Below are positions 52,206 through 63,587 of a stretch of DNA of 64,000 nucleotides, in pieces (the first letter of the stretch is position 1; every line of letters begins with the position of its first letter). The notes under the pieces are model-generated. The model was given only the letters and a program-made list of their open reading frames with translations, ran no database searches and had not been told where the DNA came from. This DNA is from Bugula neritina (Eukaryota; Animalia; Bryozoa). The stretch spans positions 992,001 through 1,056,000 of the forward strand of contig OZ037772.1 of assembly GCA_964035545.1 (NCBI GenBank), read 5' to 3'. The position numbers were made by a program, and so were the translations under genes.

Positions 52206-52379
52206 TGAGCTGTCAGATGAAAGAGAATTACCCTGGCTAAGACTGATGACATCTGGATGTACGTTAAACATCATTGCTGCCTTTGACAGCGCTTCATGAT
52301 AGGATCTGCCAGTCACCCAGTAGTTGTTGTCACTAGACTATGTAAAATATATAGAGGTTAAAAGGTCACTAGACAATCA

Positions 52380-52482
52380 CGGGCTTTCCATGTACCGATC
52401 TCAGATCGATCTCGCTAAGATCGATCTGAGAAATGTGCTCAGATCGATCGTTTTTCCATGAGAGTGTCAGATCGATCGCGCG
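52380..52482. mobile_element. Probable DNA-transposon end (Harbinger-like) with repeated AGATCGATC motifs
   Basis: GGGCTTTCCATG start, CpG-rich, four AGATCGATC copies with the inverted pair CTCAGATCGATCT..AGATCGATCTGAG; other end not seen. Confidence 0.45.
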
Positions 52483-52902
52483 AAGTTGCCTCCTCTTAGG
52501 TGAAGGATACTTTAAAAGTATCATTTGTTCACCTATTTGAGTGATTAAAGCTACTACTGTTGAAAACAAGATGGTCGTAGTCTAAAATTTAATCCTAGCT
52601 ATAAACTGTACGTTTTTTCTTGCATTATATATTATATAATGCAAGGAAAAACCATATCAACTTAGAGATATGTCACACAATTAGGAGTTATGCCACCTCT
52701 TTGTCAAAAACACGGATTACTAGATTCACACACCAAACAGTACTCGTTGCTATACGAATAGACTCCAATTTAGTTTTCCCTTCGTATCTCAGTAAGCTGA
52801 GGGACCTGACACCTCAATTCATGACACAGTAGAATTCTTACTTTAGCAGAATACCGCATTTAACACACGGATCTGTTAAATTATTTTGTCCCTACACACA
52901 AA

Positions 52903-53340
52903 AGGCTATGAAAACACAGGACAACAGGCTATGAATATACAGGACAACAGGCTATGAATATACAGGACAACAGGCTATGAATATACAGGACAACAGGCTA
53001 TGAATATACAGGACAACGGGCTATGAATATACAGGAAACAGGCTATGAATATACAGGACAACAGGCTATGAATATACAGGACAACAGGCTATGAATATAC
53101 AGGACAACGGGCTATGAATATACAGGACAACAGGCTATGAATATACAAGACAACAGGCTATGAATATACAGGACAACGGGCTATGAATATACAGGACAAC
53201 AGGCTATGAATATACAGGACAACAGGCTATGAATATACAGGACAACAGGCTATGAATATACAGGACAACAGGCTATGAATATACAGGACAACAGGCTATG
53301 AATATACAGGACAACAGGCTATGAATATACAGGACAACAG
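52903..53340. repeat. 23-bp minisatellite, ~19 copies
   Basis: Unit CAGGCTATGAATATACAGGACAA; begins 5 nt inside the intron after the ValRS ..MEFGT exon. Confidence 0.96.
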
Positions 53341-53631
53341 AGCACCTGTCCCAAACTCCATCTCCACAAAGTCGTCAGCCACAATAGGTATTCTCCTGTC
53401 AGCAAAAGGATGTCTCACAAATTTCCCGTGTAAGTGTTTGTATCGGCCGTCTTCAGGGTGGACAGCCACGGCAGTGTCACCTGCAATAGTTACCAGACTT
53501 TATAGTCTCTCACAGTATTGAGTATTGATATACAATTATATATTTACTGAGTGTTTACCAGATCCAACTTCACAGTCACTATACTCAGAGTACACAACTC
53601 CCAGTAAGTTAGTATCAAGCTAATTAACCAC

Positions 53632-53760
53632 TAACCCCCTATTCACACTTACCGTATCGTACGCCGTAACAGCAAATATCAGCCATTTTTACAAATGTCT
53701 GAGCTTCCTGTACGGTGTTGCAGTACGGTAGGATCAAGCACTGCTTGATTCAAATAAGTT
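53632..53760. mobile_element. One end of the same MITE family as 8276-8917
   Basis: TAACCCCCTATTCACACTTACCGTA matches the TIR; shared CGCCRTAACAGCAAATWTCAGCCATT and ATCAAGCACTGCTTG. Confidence 0.7.
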
Positions 53761-56115
53761 GCGGCGAACTCCTATTGGACAGAAAAACTTTTGCGTTAAT
53801 TCAATGGATATAAATGTCCAATGTAGCGTCATAGATCGTACCTAATAGCGGACTTTGAAAACTTCAACCCGCACCTTAAACCAAAATGGAATAATAAAAT
53901 TAAAGAACTTAGGCTATCTCAAGTTCTCCACTACTGCTCCTAAGTGAGAAAGTGAGAATAGTTAGAGAGATCTACTGGAGTTACTTCAATTGGCAGCAAG
54001 AGTCAGCCATTATTACGTTGCTAAGCAACAAAGCTATTAGTGACATTGATGTCTCCTAACCCAACATAGTTTCTAATCTAGTTGTGGCCACAATGATCTC
54101 TTCGTCAGAATCTTCCACTTTATATGCAAAGGAAAGGAGAACTCCGAACTCCACCTTCTCCTTGTAGCCCGGCACAGAGAGCATAGTCCTTCCTGTCAAC
54201 TCTACTTTGTCTACCTGCAATCAGTACTACAAATATCTCAGACTATACAGGTCAAAGGTAAAACTGTAGTGTGTGCTTCTGAGTCACTGCGTTCTCATTC
54301 TTCTCTATTAGTTCACATTGTGTAAATGGATGCTCGTACGAATGAATATGTGGCTGTGGTCTCATTGATGTATTCATTCGAAGATAGTCATAATGTAATA
54401 TATCAGGCTGTGTCTGAATACTACTATTAGGTTAGTTACCACCAACACACAAGTCTCGCAGTGAATAACCAGTTGACGTACACACAGCCGGGAGTCAGAC
54501 TGATACTGTATGATATACCTCAATATTAGAGATGGCAGAGTTGAGAGTACAGGACCAGTTGACCAGTCGGTTAGCTCTGTAGATCACACCTTTCTCGTGC
54601 ATTCTGATAAACGCTTCGTTCACCGCTTTTAAAGATTTCTAATAAACAAGTATATATGAGTCATGTGTCAAGTGTGAGCTGATTGGAGACCAGGCCTCAT
54701 GATTAACCAATCATAGAGAGGATAACACACTGAGTCAGTAAACAGCCGACACGGCATATAGACTCCACTACTCAAACATAATATATGTATAGAGAGGATA
54801 ACTCCTCACCTCATCCATAGTGAACGTAGTTCTGTCCCAGCCATAAAACCCGCCCACTTTCCTCAACTGATGGTAGATTCTGTCTCCTTTTCTATAGAAA
54901 TTATATAATAACACTGACCAATCGTTGTGCTGCAAAACTTAGTTATATTAGCAACTTAAATAATGAGTCCAATGATAGAGTGTGATGAAGTAAACCTATA
55001 TTTAACTTTTTGTATATTCAATTATATATATAATTTTATCATATTATCATATATATTATATTATCTTATATCAAACTGTAGCAACTGCACACCAATAAGA
55101 TAAAATAAAAACTCAAACCCGAATACTAAGTCGCTATGAAATGCATTTTCAAGATAAAATATTCCCTTACTGGTTCTTCCAGTCCCACACTCGTCTCACA
55201 AACTCATCTCGTCCCAAATCGTGTCAAGTTTTATTCTTTTCTCTAGCGAGTTTTTTCTCGACGACAACTTGAGTGGCTATTCCTGCGTGGTCACATCCGG
55301 GTACAAACAGTGTCACCTTCCCATTCATCCGGTGCCTGACAATACAACAGAACTGACCCCTGCAGACACCTGACAGACAAGCATATCAGACACCTGTAGA
55401 TATCCTGGAAAGGTGCTGAGAGAAATATCTGTGGTTGAAACAACATCAATATAATAGATGGATGACTTATGCCAACCGGTACTTAACACAAATTTTCTCA
55501 GCATTCAAAAAAGAATTAACAGGGGGATGTTCATAGCCTGTCTGTGGAATATGTCAAAGTGAGTTGGCAAGATGCCGAAATGTCATGTAGTCACCACCAG
55601 AGGAATGGTGTCTACTGTTACATGCTATAAGCTACGTACACCACCAGTTTAGTGACTAGGTAAGTACGAAATTGTCTCATTTATATGAATGAACACCTCA
55701 CCACCGAACTATCGCATCCTCAACCGCCCCCGTGAGGGCGTGTCCTAGGTGAAGAGTCCCGGTCACATTAGGGGGAGGGATCATGATGATAAACTTCTCT
55801 TCAGGTGTGAGTTTCAGCACATCTCTACCTGTTACAAAGCAACCAATCACATCTCTCTCGGTTACAAAGTAAAAAGCAACCAATCACAGTACCTGTTACA
55901 ACAGAGTAACAAATCACACCTCTACGTGTTAGAAGTAACCAATCACACATTATAGACTTTACTATGATGAGAAGTGTACCTTTGAGATTATACTCAGGTT
56001 TGAAGAATCCTTCCTTCTCCCACCAAGAGTACCAGGCAGCTTCCACATAGGACGGGGAGTAAGATTCAGGCATGGGACACGTCGTGTCTAGAATAACAGA
56101 AAACTATAAAGTATA

Positions 56116-56165
56116 GGGGAGCAGCTGTGGTCTAGGGGTTAGAGCGTTTGTCTAGTGAACATGAA
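56116..56165 (+). mobile_element. Possible truncated tRNA-derived SINE head
   Basis: A-box-like TGGTCTAGGGGTTAGAGCG; no B box or cloverleaf follows. Confidence 0.3.
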
Positions 56166-56383
56166 GCCATTGTTTGACAAAGGCCATTGTGATGTTAGAA
56201 AGAGCATCCAGTCATAATTGCTCCTGTGCCACATCTAAATAAGTCCTTAGCCTGTTTTAACAAAAATGCTTTCCACCAGGAGTCTCTCACAAGGTTGGTG
56301 ACTATACACTGATATCTGGATATACTAAGTTGAGACTTGTCTTCTACTGGTCCATACAGTTCAAATATGATAAACACATGTAT

Positions 56384-57227
56384 TATAGAATGACACTCTT
56401 TGCTATGACTCTTGCTTTAGAGTGACACTCTAGCTTATACAGCCTGACTAGGAATAGGGAGGGTTTTAGACGTGATCAGAGTTTATTTGAGTCACCAATG
56501 TTGATCAAATACTGACCGTAAAAACTAAAATAATAATGATACAACATAAGGCATAAGGCAAACAAAATGTACGTAATATAATAAGTATGTATGTAAAAGC
56601 ACTAGCAATGTATATCATAAATTGTAGATAGCAGCATGAAATAATGATTCAACATAGCATGCAACTACAGCCCATATTATTAAAAACTTTATAACATAAA
56701 AATGTAATAACGATATATAAAATTTGTAAATAGATGTTCATTACCTCTTTTCTCTCTCTCCTAGTCTACTGTTATGTTAATGCTGTGGCTTTGCACAGTC
56801 TTTCAAATAATGCTACTCTTTAGTAGTCTTACATAAATTTGATGCTGTCCAAACTGACAGCATGACTCTAACAATATTGCAACTACTAAAAATGGTTTTG
56901 TCTTATATACTAATCCATTTGATAAACATTATTGTGTTGTAAGAGGTATGATTTTACAATTTACTATTTTGGGGTAGGATCTTACTGTTTCAAGAAGTGG
57001 GCTGAAGTAAACAAGCATCGTGTGACATCACAGCTGATGCAAGCATAGCTGCTGACTATGAATCATTCTACATGCGTAGCTACTGTTTTGGGGTAGTAAT
57101 TAAAGAAGCATTAGGTTGACTACTGGCAGCTTGTGGTTAGGCTAATTTGAGGTTGATGACATTGTGATTGTGTGTGATTGTACTACAAGCTATAATTTCC
57201 GTAAACATCCTATTTCGTAACATTACA
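56384..57227 (-). repeat. BEL 3' LTR (~844 bp)
   Basis: Starts TGTAATG directly after the PPT; identity with the 5' copy ends at ...CATTCTATA. Confidence 0.92.
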
Positions 57228-57333
57228 CTCCCCCCTTTAATTTCTCTCTATTCACTTAGAGGGAATTAACAATCATATTATTATGCATTTAAAATACTAA
57301 GCTAAAATACTAATATAGGTATGCATGCAAAGG

Positions 57334-60300
57334 TTATGGGGTAAATAGGTAAATTAATTTGTGGATAGGCCTATCTAAGTATGTGGGTGGAGCTAGTCTC
57401 ACACCTTTACTGTTCAATTCTGTAGTTGCTAGTTGCACCTTTACCTTACGAATTAAGTCATCTCTAGTTTTATGTGTTTCTATCACTCTAGCTATGGGCC
57501 ATTCGTTCCTATGTGTATTTTCATTTTTGACAAGTACTATGTCACCTTTGCGAATATTTGATTGCGGCTTATGCCACTTTTGCCTTCCCTGAAGATTGTG
57601 TAAATACTGTGTTTTCCATTTTGTCCAGAACGAGTTAGCTAGGCTTTGAACTTGTCTCCATCTTTTATTGGAGTACATATCATTTTGGTCAAATTGTCCT
57701 GGTGGCGGTGGTACATGCTTTGATTTCATTGTCAAGAGTTGATTTGGTGTTAGTGGTGTATTACCATCATCTAGTGTGTTAAGAGGTCTACCATTTACTA
57801 TGGCCATTGCTTCATAAAAAAATGTTCTCAATGTTGTTGAGTCTAGCCTGGTTTTATGCATATCTAACATGGAGTTTAGCACATTTCTAACACTTCGTAT
57901 TTGTCTCTCCCATACACCACCCATATGACTGGCACTCGGTACATTTGTAACAAAATCTAAATCGTTTTCCCTTGCAAAAGACTGAATTCTTGTTTGGTTT
58001 GACTTGAGTTCTTTAAATGCGCCAACAAAATTTGTGCCACAGTCTGATCTAAGTTGTCTGATAGGTCCCCTAATAGCAATGAGGCACCGCAGTGCATTTA
58101 TGAAAGCATCTGTAGTCATGTCATCTAATATTTCTAAGTGAATTGCCCGTGAGGCCATGCATGTAAATATTAGACCGTATTTCTTTAATTCTGCTCTCCT
58201 ATCCTTTACAATAAATGGTCCAAACACGTCACATCCTACATAGGTAAATGGTGGAGCTGGTTCAACTCTTTCTACTGGCAAGTCTGCCATCTTTTGGGTC
58301 ATTGGAGCATGTCTTTGTTTTCTACATGTTATGCATTGGTGAATGTAGGAGCTTACTACTCTTGAGATTCCTATAATGTAATAGCCTGTAGACTTAATTT
58401 CACTAATTGTCAAATTCTTTCCTTGATGTGCAACCTTCTCATGGCACTGTTTAATCACAAGTTTGGTTACATGTGAGTTGCTTGGTAACATTACTGGGTG
58501 CTTTTCATTATAGTTCAACTGTGAATCTCGGAGTCGTCCTCCTACACGTATCAAGCCATGTTTGTCTAGAAATGGATCTAACTTTGCTAGTTTACTATCT
58601 TTACTTACACATTTGTCTTTACTTAGCCTGCAATATTCATCTGAAAATGACTCTTTTTGTACCCACTGCATTATTAGATGTTTAGCATCTGTCAAGTCAT
58701 CAATTGTGAGTCTGGGAGTTATGCTACCTTTATGCTTTACCAATCTTTTGACTGCACTTACTGCTTTGATAGCATTTTTTAGGTCTGAGAATCTGCTTAG
58801 GTGTTGCTCTAATGAGCACTTAGATTGAGGCTCTGTGTTGGTTTGTAAACATAATTTGACCTCTGGGTCGGAGGAATCTATCTCATAGTTACTGTCTGTA
58901 TTCAACATATGTGATAAATCTGGCTGCCATAAAAATTTTGGTCCTTGGAACCAGTCTGTACTGAGTAGCTTTTTGATACTAGCACCTCTGGATGCTATAT
59001 CTGCTGGATTTATGCTTGTGTTGATGTAATTCCATTGTGCTGCTTTGCTTTTGGATAGAATTTGTTGTACCCTGTTTGCTACAAATGGTTGAAATTTCTT
59101 AGTTGTGTTGTGTATGTAGCCCAAGACTACTTTAGAATCAGTCCAGAAATATTCATTTGTTATAGGCATTGCTAATTCTGTGGTTACTACAGTGGACATT
59201 TTTGAGGATAGTACAGCTGCCATTAACTCTGCTCTTGGCATTGTTATAGGCTTTATTGATGCAACCCTAGATTTTGCAGAAAGCAATGTGCAGTGTATGT
59301 TGTCATTTACATCAACTAGTCTCAGATAAGTGCATTGACCCAAACCATTGTTACTGGCATCACAAAAGTGATGTAGCTCTGTTAGTCTGGTAGTACTTAG
59401 GCTTTTAGGTTTCAAGCATCTTGGAATTTTTATTTGAGGCAGTTCTGCTAATTCTCTTTGCCATGTTACCCAACTGTTTTCTAGTTCTGGTTTTAGTGCA
59501 TCATCCCAATCAGCTTTGTCTTTGCACATTTCTTGCAAAATGTTCTTTCCAATTAGAATAACTGGTGAGAGAAACCCTAAGGGATCAAAAACCGAGGCTA
59601 TTGTAGACAAAACGCCTCTTCTAGTATGTGGTTTCTCTTTCATGCTAGCTTTGAACTGAAATTCATCATTTTTTATGCACCAATGAACACCTAGCACACG
59701 TTCTACTGGCATATCTGTGTTTAAGTTTAAATCTTTCATTGTTTCAGCATGTTCAGATTCAGGTATTGTGGCTAGAACTGCTTGGTCATTGGATACAAAT
59801 TTATGGAGTCTTACATTTCCCTTGGCACATATATCAATTGCACTCTTGATTACACTGACTATTTGTTCTTGTGAGTCTAGGCTCATTAGTCCGTCATCTA
59901 CATAAAAGTCATTTTCAATAAAGTTCACTGCCTGTTTGTCACTGTCAGTACCAGAGTCCCCGTGATCTCTAGCCAATGTTCTTAAGCCGTACGTTGCACA
60001 AGCAGGAGATGATTTAGCCCCAAATAAGTGAACCGTCATGCGGTACTCAACAATGTCAGTCATAGTCTCGTCTTTAAACCAGAGAAATCTAAGGTAGTCT
60101 CTATCTGACTCATGTACTTTGAACATGTGAAACATTTTTTGTATATCACACATTACAGCTATTTGCCCTTTTCTGAATCTATGCAATACTCCTACTAGGT
60201 TGTTCATAAAGTCTGGTCCTTGTATCAAGTGATCATTGAGACTTGTGTTCTTAAATTTTGCTGCGCAGTCAAAAACTACTCTAATCTTGTTCTTTTTGGG

Positions 60301-63015
60301 ATGGTACACGCCAAAGTGGGGAATGTACCACTGATGATTGCTTGCCTCACAAGTTGTAGGTACCAATTCTGCATCGCCATTGTTTATTATGTCTGTCATG
60401 AATGCCACGTAATCTGTTCGATATTTCTGGTCTTTAAGCATTTTAGTTTTGAGGGTATCAAGTCTGTGCACAGCTAATTGTCTATTGTCTGGTAATTGTG
60501 GCTTAGCATTTTTAAACGGCAGTGGCATGCTGTAATAATTGTCTTCTCTTTGTTTAATATTGTTGCGCATGTTTTCTAAAAACTTGGCATCTTCCTGTGA
60601 CATTTTATGAGTAGCAATGTACTTTGTGTCCGCATAATCTTGCTGTAGGACATTCAAGATATCTGAGCTCAAGTTCTGCTCATGAGCCATAGCCCTATTG
60701 CATGTGGGAAAGGAGTTTGTTTCATGCTTACCACTATTGCCTACAATACACCATCCTAGTGGTGTTCTCAGAGCAAAGGGATCATTGATTGCAGGGCCTA
60801 TTTTAGTTTCAAGTGGCACTAAAGCTCTGGAGTTGTCATACCCTATAAGCATTCCTATCTCTATATCTAAACTTTGTGGTATTTCACTTGCAATGCATTT
60901 AAGGTGCGGCCATCTATTGGCAATTTCTGGTGTGGGTATGTGTTGCTTGTTAATTGGAATGCTGTCCCTACTGTAAGTCTTTCCTACTTGTATCTGCTCA
61001 TGCATGTTCAGTCCTCTAATGGTCAAGTTATTGTACACCTTACACTTCATTTCCAAGTTGTCAGCTGTCATTGTTGTTAGTTTAAGAGAAACTGGTTTGC
61101 TTGTAGCTGTTTGTAGCTTACTAACAACTTGGTTAGTTACAAATGTGGTATCTGACATGCTATCTAAAAGTGCATAAGTTAGCACTTCCTCATCTGGGTT
61201 ATCTACAGTTGCCAGGTATATAGGCACAACCATTGAGCACAAGCCATTTGTTTTAGTCACTGTATTGTTGCTGTTAGCTGTTACTTGCTCTGGGTTGTTG
61301 CTACTTGCTACTTCATTTACCTGCACTGTTTCTACTTTGGTATTGCTGTTGTTAGCTTGTGTAGCTGGCTGATTGCTTCTATGTGTTACAGTAGGATGCC
61401 TTTTTTGGCATATTTTACAAGTAGCTCTATTTCTGCATTCTTTTGTCATGTGACCTATTCTCAAGCAACCAAAGCATAATCTTTTACTAGTAATGAACTT
61501 TTGTTTTTGATCAACTGGTATGCTAGCCAGTTTTCTACACTCATGTGTGCTATGATTACTGTAATTGCAGTAGAGGCATAGTTTAGCTTTGTGATTTTCT
61601 GTACTTTTAACATCAGGAGAATGCTTCTCTATGCTAGTAGCAAAGCTAATGCCCTTGTTGTTGTGCTTTTGAGGCTTATGTGAGTCTATGACCCTTGAAC
61701 CTGACAAAGATGAAGTGATTGGATCATTTAGGATTTCTGCTTCTGTTTGCACAAACTTTACAAACTGACTAAAACTGGGGTAACTCCTGTGATTTTTCCT
61801 ATGCGTGGTTACCTCTCGCTTCCATCTGTTTATCATGTTATCTGGCAGCTTGGACATGAGCTCAAGATTCTTTTCGCAATCATTTAAAATTTCCAACTCT
61901 TTAATATCTTTTGCTGCTATTTCGCAATGTGTGAGGAAGTCAGAAAATGATTGTATCTGCTTATGTTCATGTGGTTTCATTTTGGGCCAAGCATTAATTT
62001 TCTTTCGAAATTCATTAGCAACTGTGAATTCTGACCCAAATCTTTCTTTCAAAATTATTCTGGCCTTTTGGTATGCTGCTAGTGTATGTAAACTGCATAG
62101 GCCACTAATTGCTTCCCTAGCAGGTCCATCAACATGCTGTTTCAAGACATACATTTTACCATCATCACCTATCATTTTATCCTTGATGTAACTCTCTATG
62201 GCATATTCCCAATCTATAAAGTCTAAGGGATTTCCCCTAAATATTGGTGGCTTCGGCACATTGTTGGCTTGTATTGCTCTTGTTAAGCATGTGGCCAGGT
62301 ATTCATTACTGCATGTAGAATGCTGTGATTCATTGTTTTGCATGCTGCCTATTTGCTGTGGTTGGTTGCTTTGCAAAACTTCTACTGGCCTACTAAAAAT
62401 AACTTCACTATTGCTTTCCTGATTCACTATTGGTTGGCAATTATCTAAATACTCTGCTAGCTCATCTCTAACATCTACATCATGTTCCTCTATTATTTCC
62501 TGCCTTATTCTCAGTTGTTTCTGTTTTTCTAACAGCTTACTTTTACTTAGTTCCAACTGGACATTGGCTAACTGCCTTTCTAGCTCAGCCTGTCTTTGCA
62601 TGGCTTCCATTTCACTTTCTAATTGTGCAACTTGCAATTTTGTCTTGGCTGAGATGAATGAGCTTGCTTTTGATGTGTGTTTACTGCTAGCATGTACTGA
62701 ATGGCTTTCGCCCTTACATTGTTCATGTATACTGTTAATTTGCTGTGTTAAGTCCTCAAGGTGAGGATGACTTGGAGCTAATGACTTTAGAATTGCTAAG
62801 TCAGCATCTGCATCTAACATAATTCGTTGTATGTCATCCCAAAATTCATTATCATGATTGTCTGTTGCTGCATGCCTACTTCTAAACCTTTTAATTGCAC
62901 TTGTGACAGATTTAAGCCTTTTTTCTACCTCTAATTGTTTTCCCTTTGTAGATAGGGTTTTGACTCTGCTGCTAATCCTAATGCTATTACTACATGTGGA
63001 TGTGTCATCATTCAT
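57334..63015 (-). CDS. BEL/Pao Gag-Pol polyprotein (1893 aa)
   Basis: Three Cys/His knuckles (CLYC..H..C, CFGC..H..C, CKIC..H..H), protease ALLDSMS, RT KIRVVFDC/YVDD, RNase H HHFCDAS, integrase DVFGP/SDCGTNF/GGVWER, C-terminal WP..RV..RPIHKL. Confidence 0.97.
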   Translation of the reverse strand: MNDDTSTCSNSIRISSRVKTLSTKGKQLEVEKRLKSVTSAIKRFRSRHAATDNHDNEFWDDIQRIMLDADADLAILKSLAPSHPHLEDLTQQINSIHEQCKGESHSVHASSKHTSKASSFISAKTKLQVAQLESEMEAMQRQAELERQLANVQLELSKSKLLEKQKQLRIRQEIIEEHDVDVRDELAEYLDNCQPIVNQESNSEVIFSRPVEVLQSNQPQQIGSMQNNESQHSTCSNEYLATCLTRAIQANNVPKPPIFRGNPLDFIDWEYAIESYIKDKMIGDDGKMYVLKQHVDGPAREAISGLCSLHTLAAYQKARIILKERFGSEFTVANEFRKKINAWPKMKPHEHKQIQSFSDFLTHCEIAAKDIKELEILNDCEKNLELMSKLPDNMINRWKREVTTHRKNHRSYPSFSQFVKFVQTEAEILNDPITSSLSGSRVIDSHKPQKHNNKGISFATSIEKHSPDVKSTENHKAKLCLYCNYSNHSTHECRKLASIPVDQKQKFITSKRLCFGCLRIGHMTKECRNRATCKICQKRHPTVTHRSNQPATQANNSNTKVETVQVNEVASSNNPEQVTANSNNTVTKTNGLCSMVVPIYLATVDNPDEEVLTYALLDSMSDTTFVTNQVVSKLQTATSKPVSLKLTTMTADNLEMKCKVYNNLTIRGLNMHEQIQVGKTYSRDSIPINKQHIPTPEIANRWPHLKCIASEIPQSLDIEIGMLIGYDNSRALVPLETKIGPAINDPFALRTPLGWCIVGNSGKHETNSFPTCNRAMAHEQNLSSDILNVLQQDYADTKYIATHKMSQEDAKFLENMRNNIKQREDNYYSMPLPFKNAKPQLPDNRQLAVHRLDTLKTKMLKDQKYRTDYVAFMTDIINNGDAELVPTTCEASNHQWYIPHFGVYHPKKNKIRVVFDCAAKFKNTSLNDHLIQGPDFMNNLVGVLHRFRKGQIAVMCDIQKMFHMFKVHESDRDYLRFLWFKDETMTDIVEYRMTVHLFGAKSSPACATYGLRTLARDHGDSGTDSDKQAVNFIENDFYVDDGLMSLDSQEQIVSVIKSAIDICAKGNVRLHKFVSNDQAVLATIPESEHAETMKDLNLNTDMPVERVLGVHWCIKNDEFQFKASMKEKPHTRRGVLSTIASVFDPLGFLSPVILIGKNILQEMCKDKADWDDALKPELENSWVTWQRELAELPQIKIPRCLKPKSLSTTRLTELHHFCDASNNGLGQCTYLRLVDVNDNIHCTLLSAKSRVASIKPITMPRAELMAAVLSSKMSTVVTTELAMPITNEYFWTDSKVVLGYIHNTTKKFQPFVANRVQQILSKSKAAQWNYINTSINPADIASRGASIKKLLSTDWFQGPKFLWQPDLSHMLNTDSNYEIDSSDPEVKLCLQTNTEPQSKCSLEQHLSRFSDLKNAIKAVSAVKRLVKHKGSITPRLTIDDLTDAKHLIMQWVQKESFSDEYCRLSKDKCVSKDSKLAKLDPFLDKHGLIRVGGRLRDSQLNYNEKHPVMLPSNSHVTKLVIKQCHEKVAHQGKNLTISEIKSTGYYIIGISRVVSSYIHQCITCRKQRHAPMTQKMADLPVERVEPAPPFTYVGCDVFGPFIVKDRRAELKKYGLIFTCMASRAIHLEILDDMTTDAFINALRCLIAIRGPIRQLRSDCGTNFVGAFKELKSNQTRIQSFARENDLDFVTNVPSASHMGGVWERQIRSVRNVLNSMLDMHKTRLDSTTLRTFFYEAMAIVNGRPLNTLDDGNTPLTPNQLLTMKSKHVPPPPGQFDQNDMYSNKRWRQVQSLANSFWTKWKTQYLHNLQGRQKWHKPQSNIRKGDIVLVKNENTHRNEWPIARVIETHKTRDDLIRKVKVQLATTELNSKGVRLAPPTYLDRPIHKLIYLFTP

Positions 63016-63587
63016 TGTTGCTGTGTTAGTAATAGTGACAGTTAGTGATAAGCATGCATTTACTTACTACAGCTATTTTATAACCTAAATTCAGTAGGAA
63101 AACTAGTTTGGACTAGTTTGTCAAGAATTATCACTAGCCAACAGCTAATGCAAACAAACAGCTGATGCCAGCACAGGGATTGTACCCAACTGCCCAATCA
63201 GAAACAGGGAGATCCTAATTAATTTTATGGGGCTTCGACACAATGTCTATCAAATGGAGTTTCTATAATTACAATACTTCAAAAAATAAAACTGCATGCA
63301 AGCCTAACTGTTCTAATAACTTTCCATTCAACTATTTCCTTTATAATTATGTCACTTATATGTGAAGGTGAGGGTTATATGGTAATCTCTCACCAATCTG
63401 CTGATTCCAGGTCACCTTTGTATGTAGTTGAGAGTAGTTGAGAATAATCCTGATAAATGTTAGTAATGTTTATATAGTTGAGGTGGGTAGAAGTGAGGTT
63501 CTCTTTGTGGTCGTCTTATGTTTGTCGGCTTCTTTTGTTGGACTTGAGATGGAGCTGTTACTCCCGGACTTGAGAAAGAGTTTTTAC

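Larger units (their letters stand above)
51652..56087 (-). pseudogene. VARS: Unprocessed valyl-tRNA synthetase pseudogene fragment (9 exons)
   Basis: Exons 56087-55980, 55828-55702, 55335-55171, 54891-54810, 54638-54519, 54214-54061, 53480-53346, 52337-52232, 51848-51652. Motifs [15 protein letters not shown] (HIGH), [58 protein letters not shown]. In-frame TGA at 55224-55226 and TAG at 51799-51801. The AVKITPAHD..WCISRQ segment and everything from KMSKS onward are absent. Confidence 0.93.

Noticed and set aside
48726-53340. Regularly spaced repeats resembling CRISPR arrays
   Set aside because: Head-to-tail units without unique spacers, no cas genes, eukaryotic context
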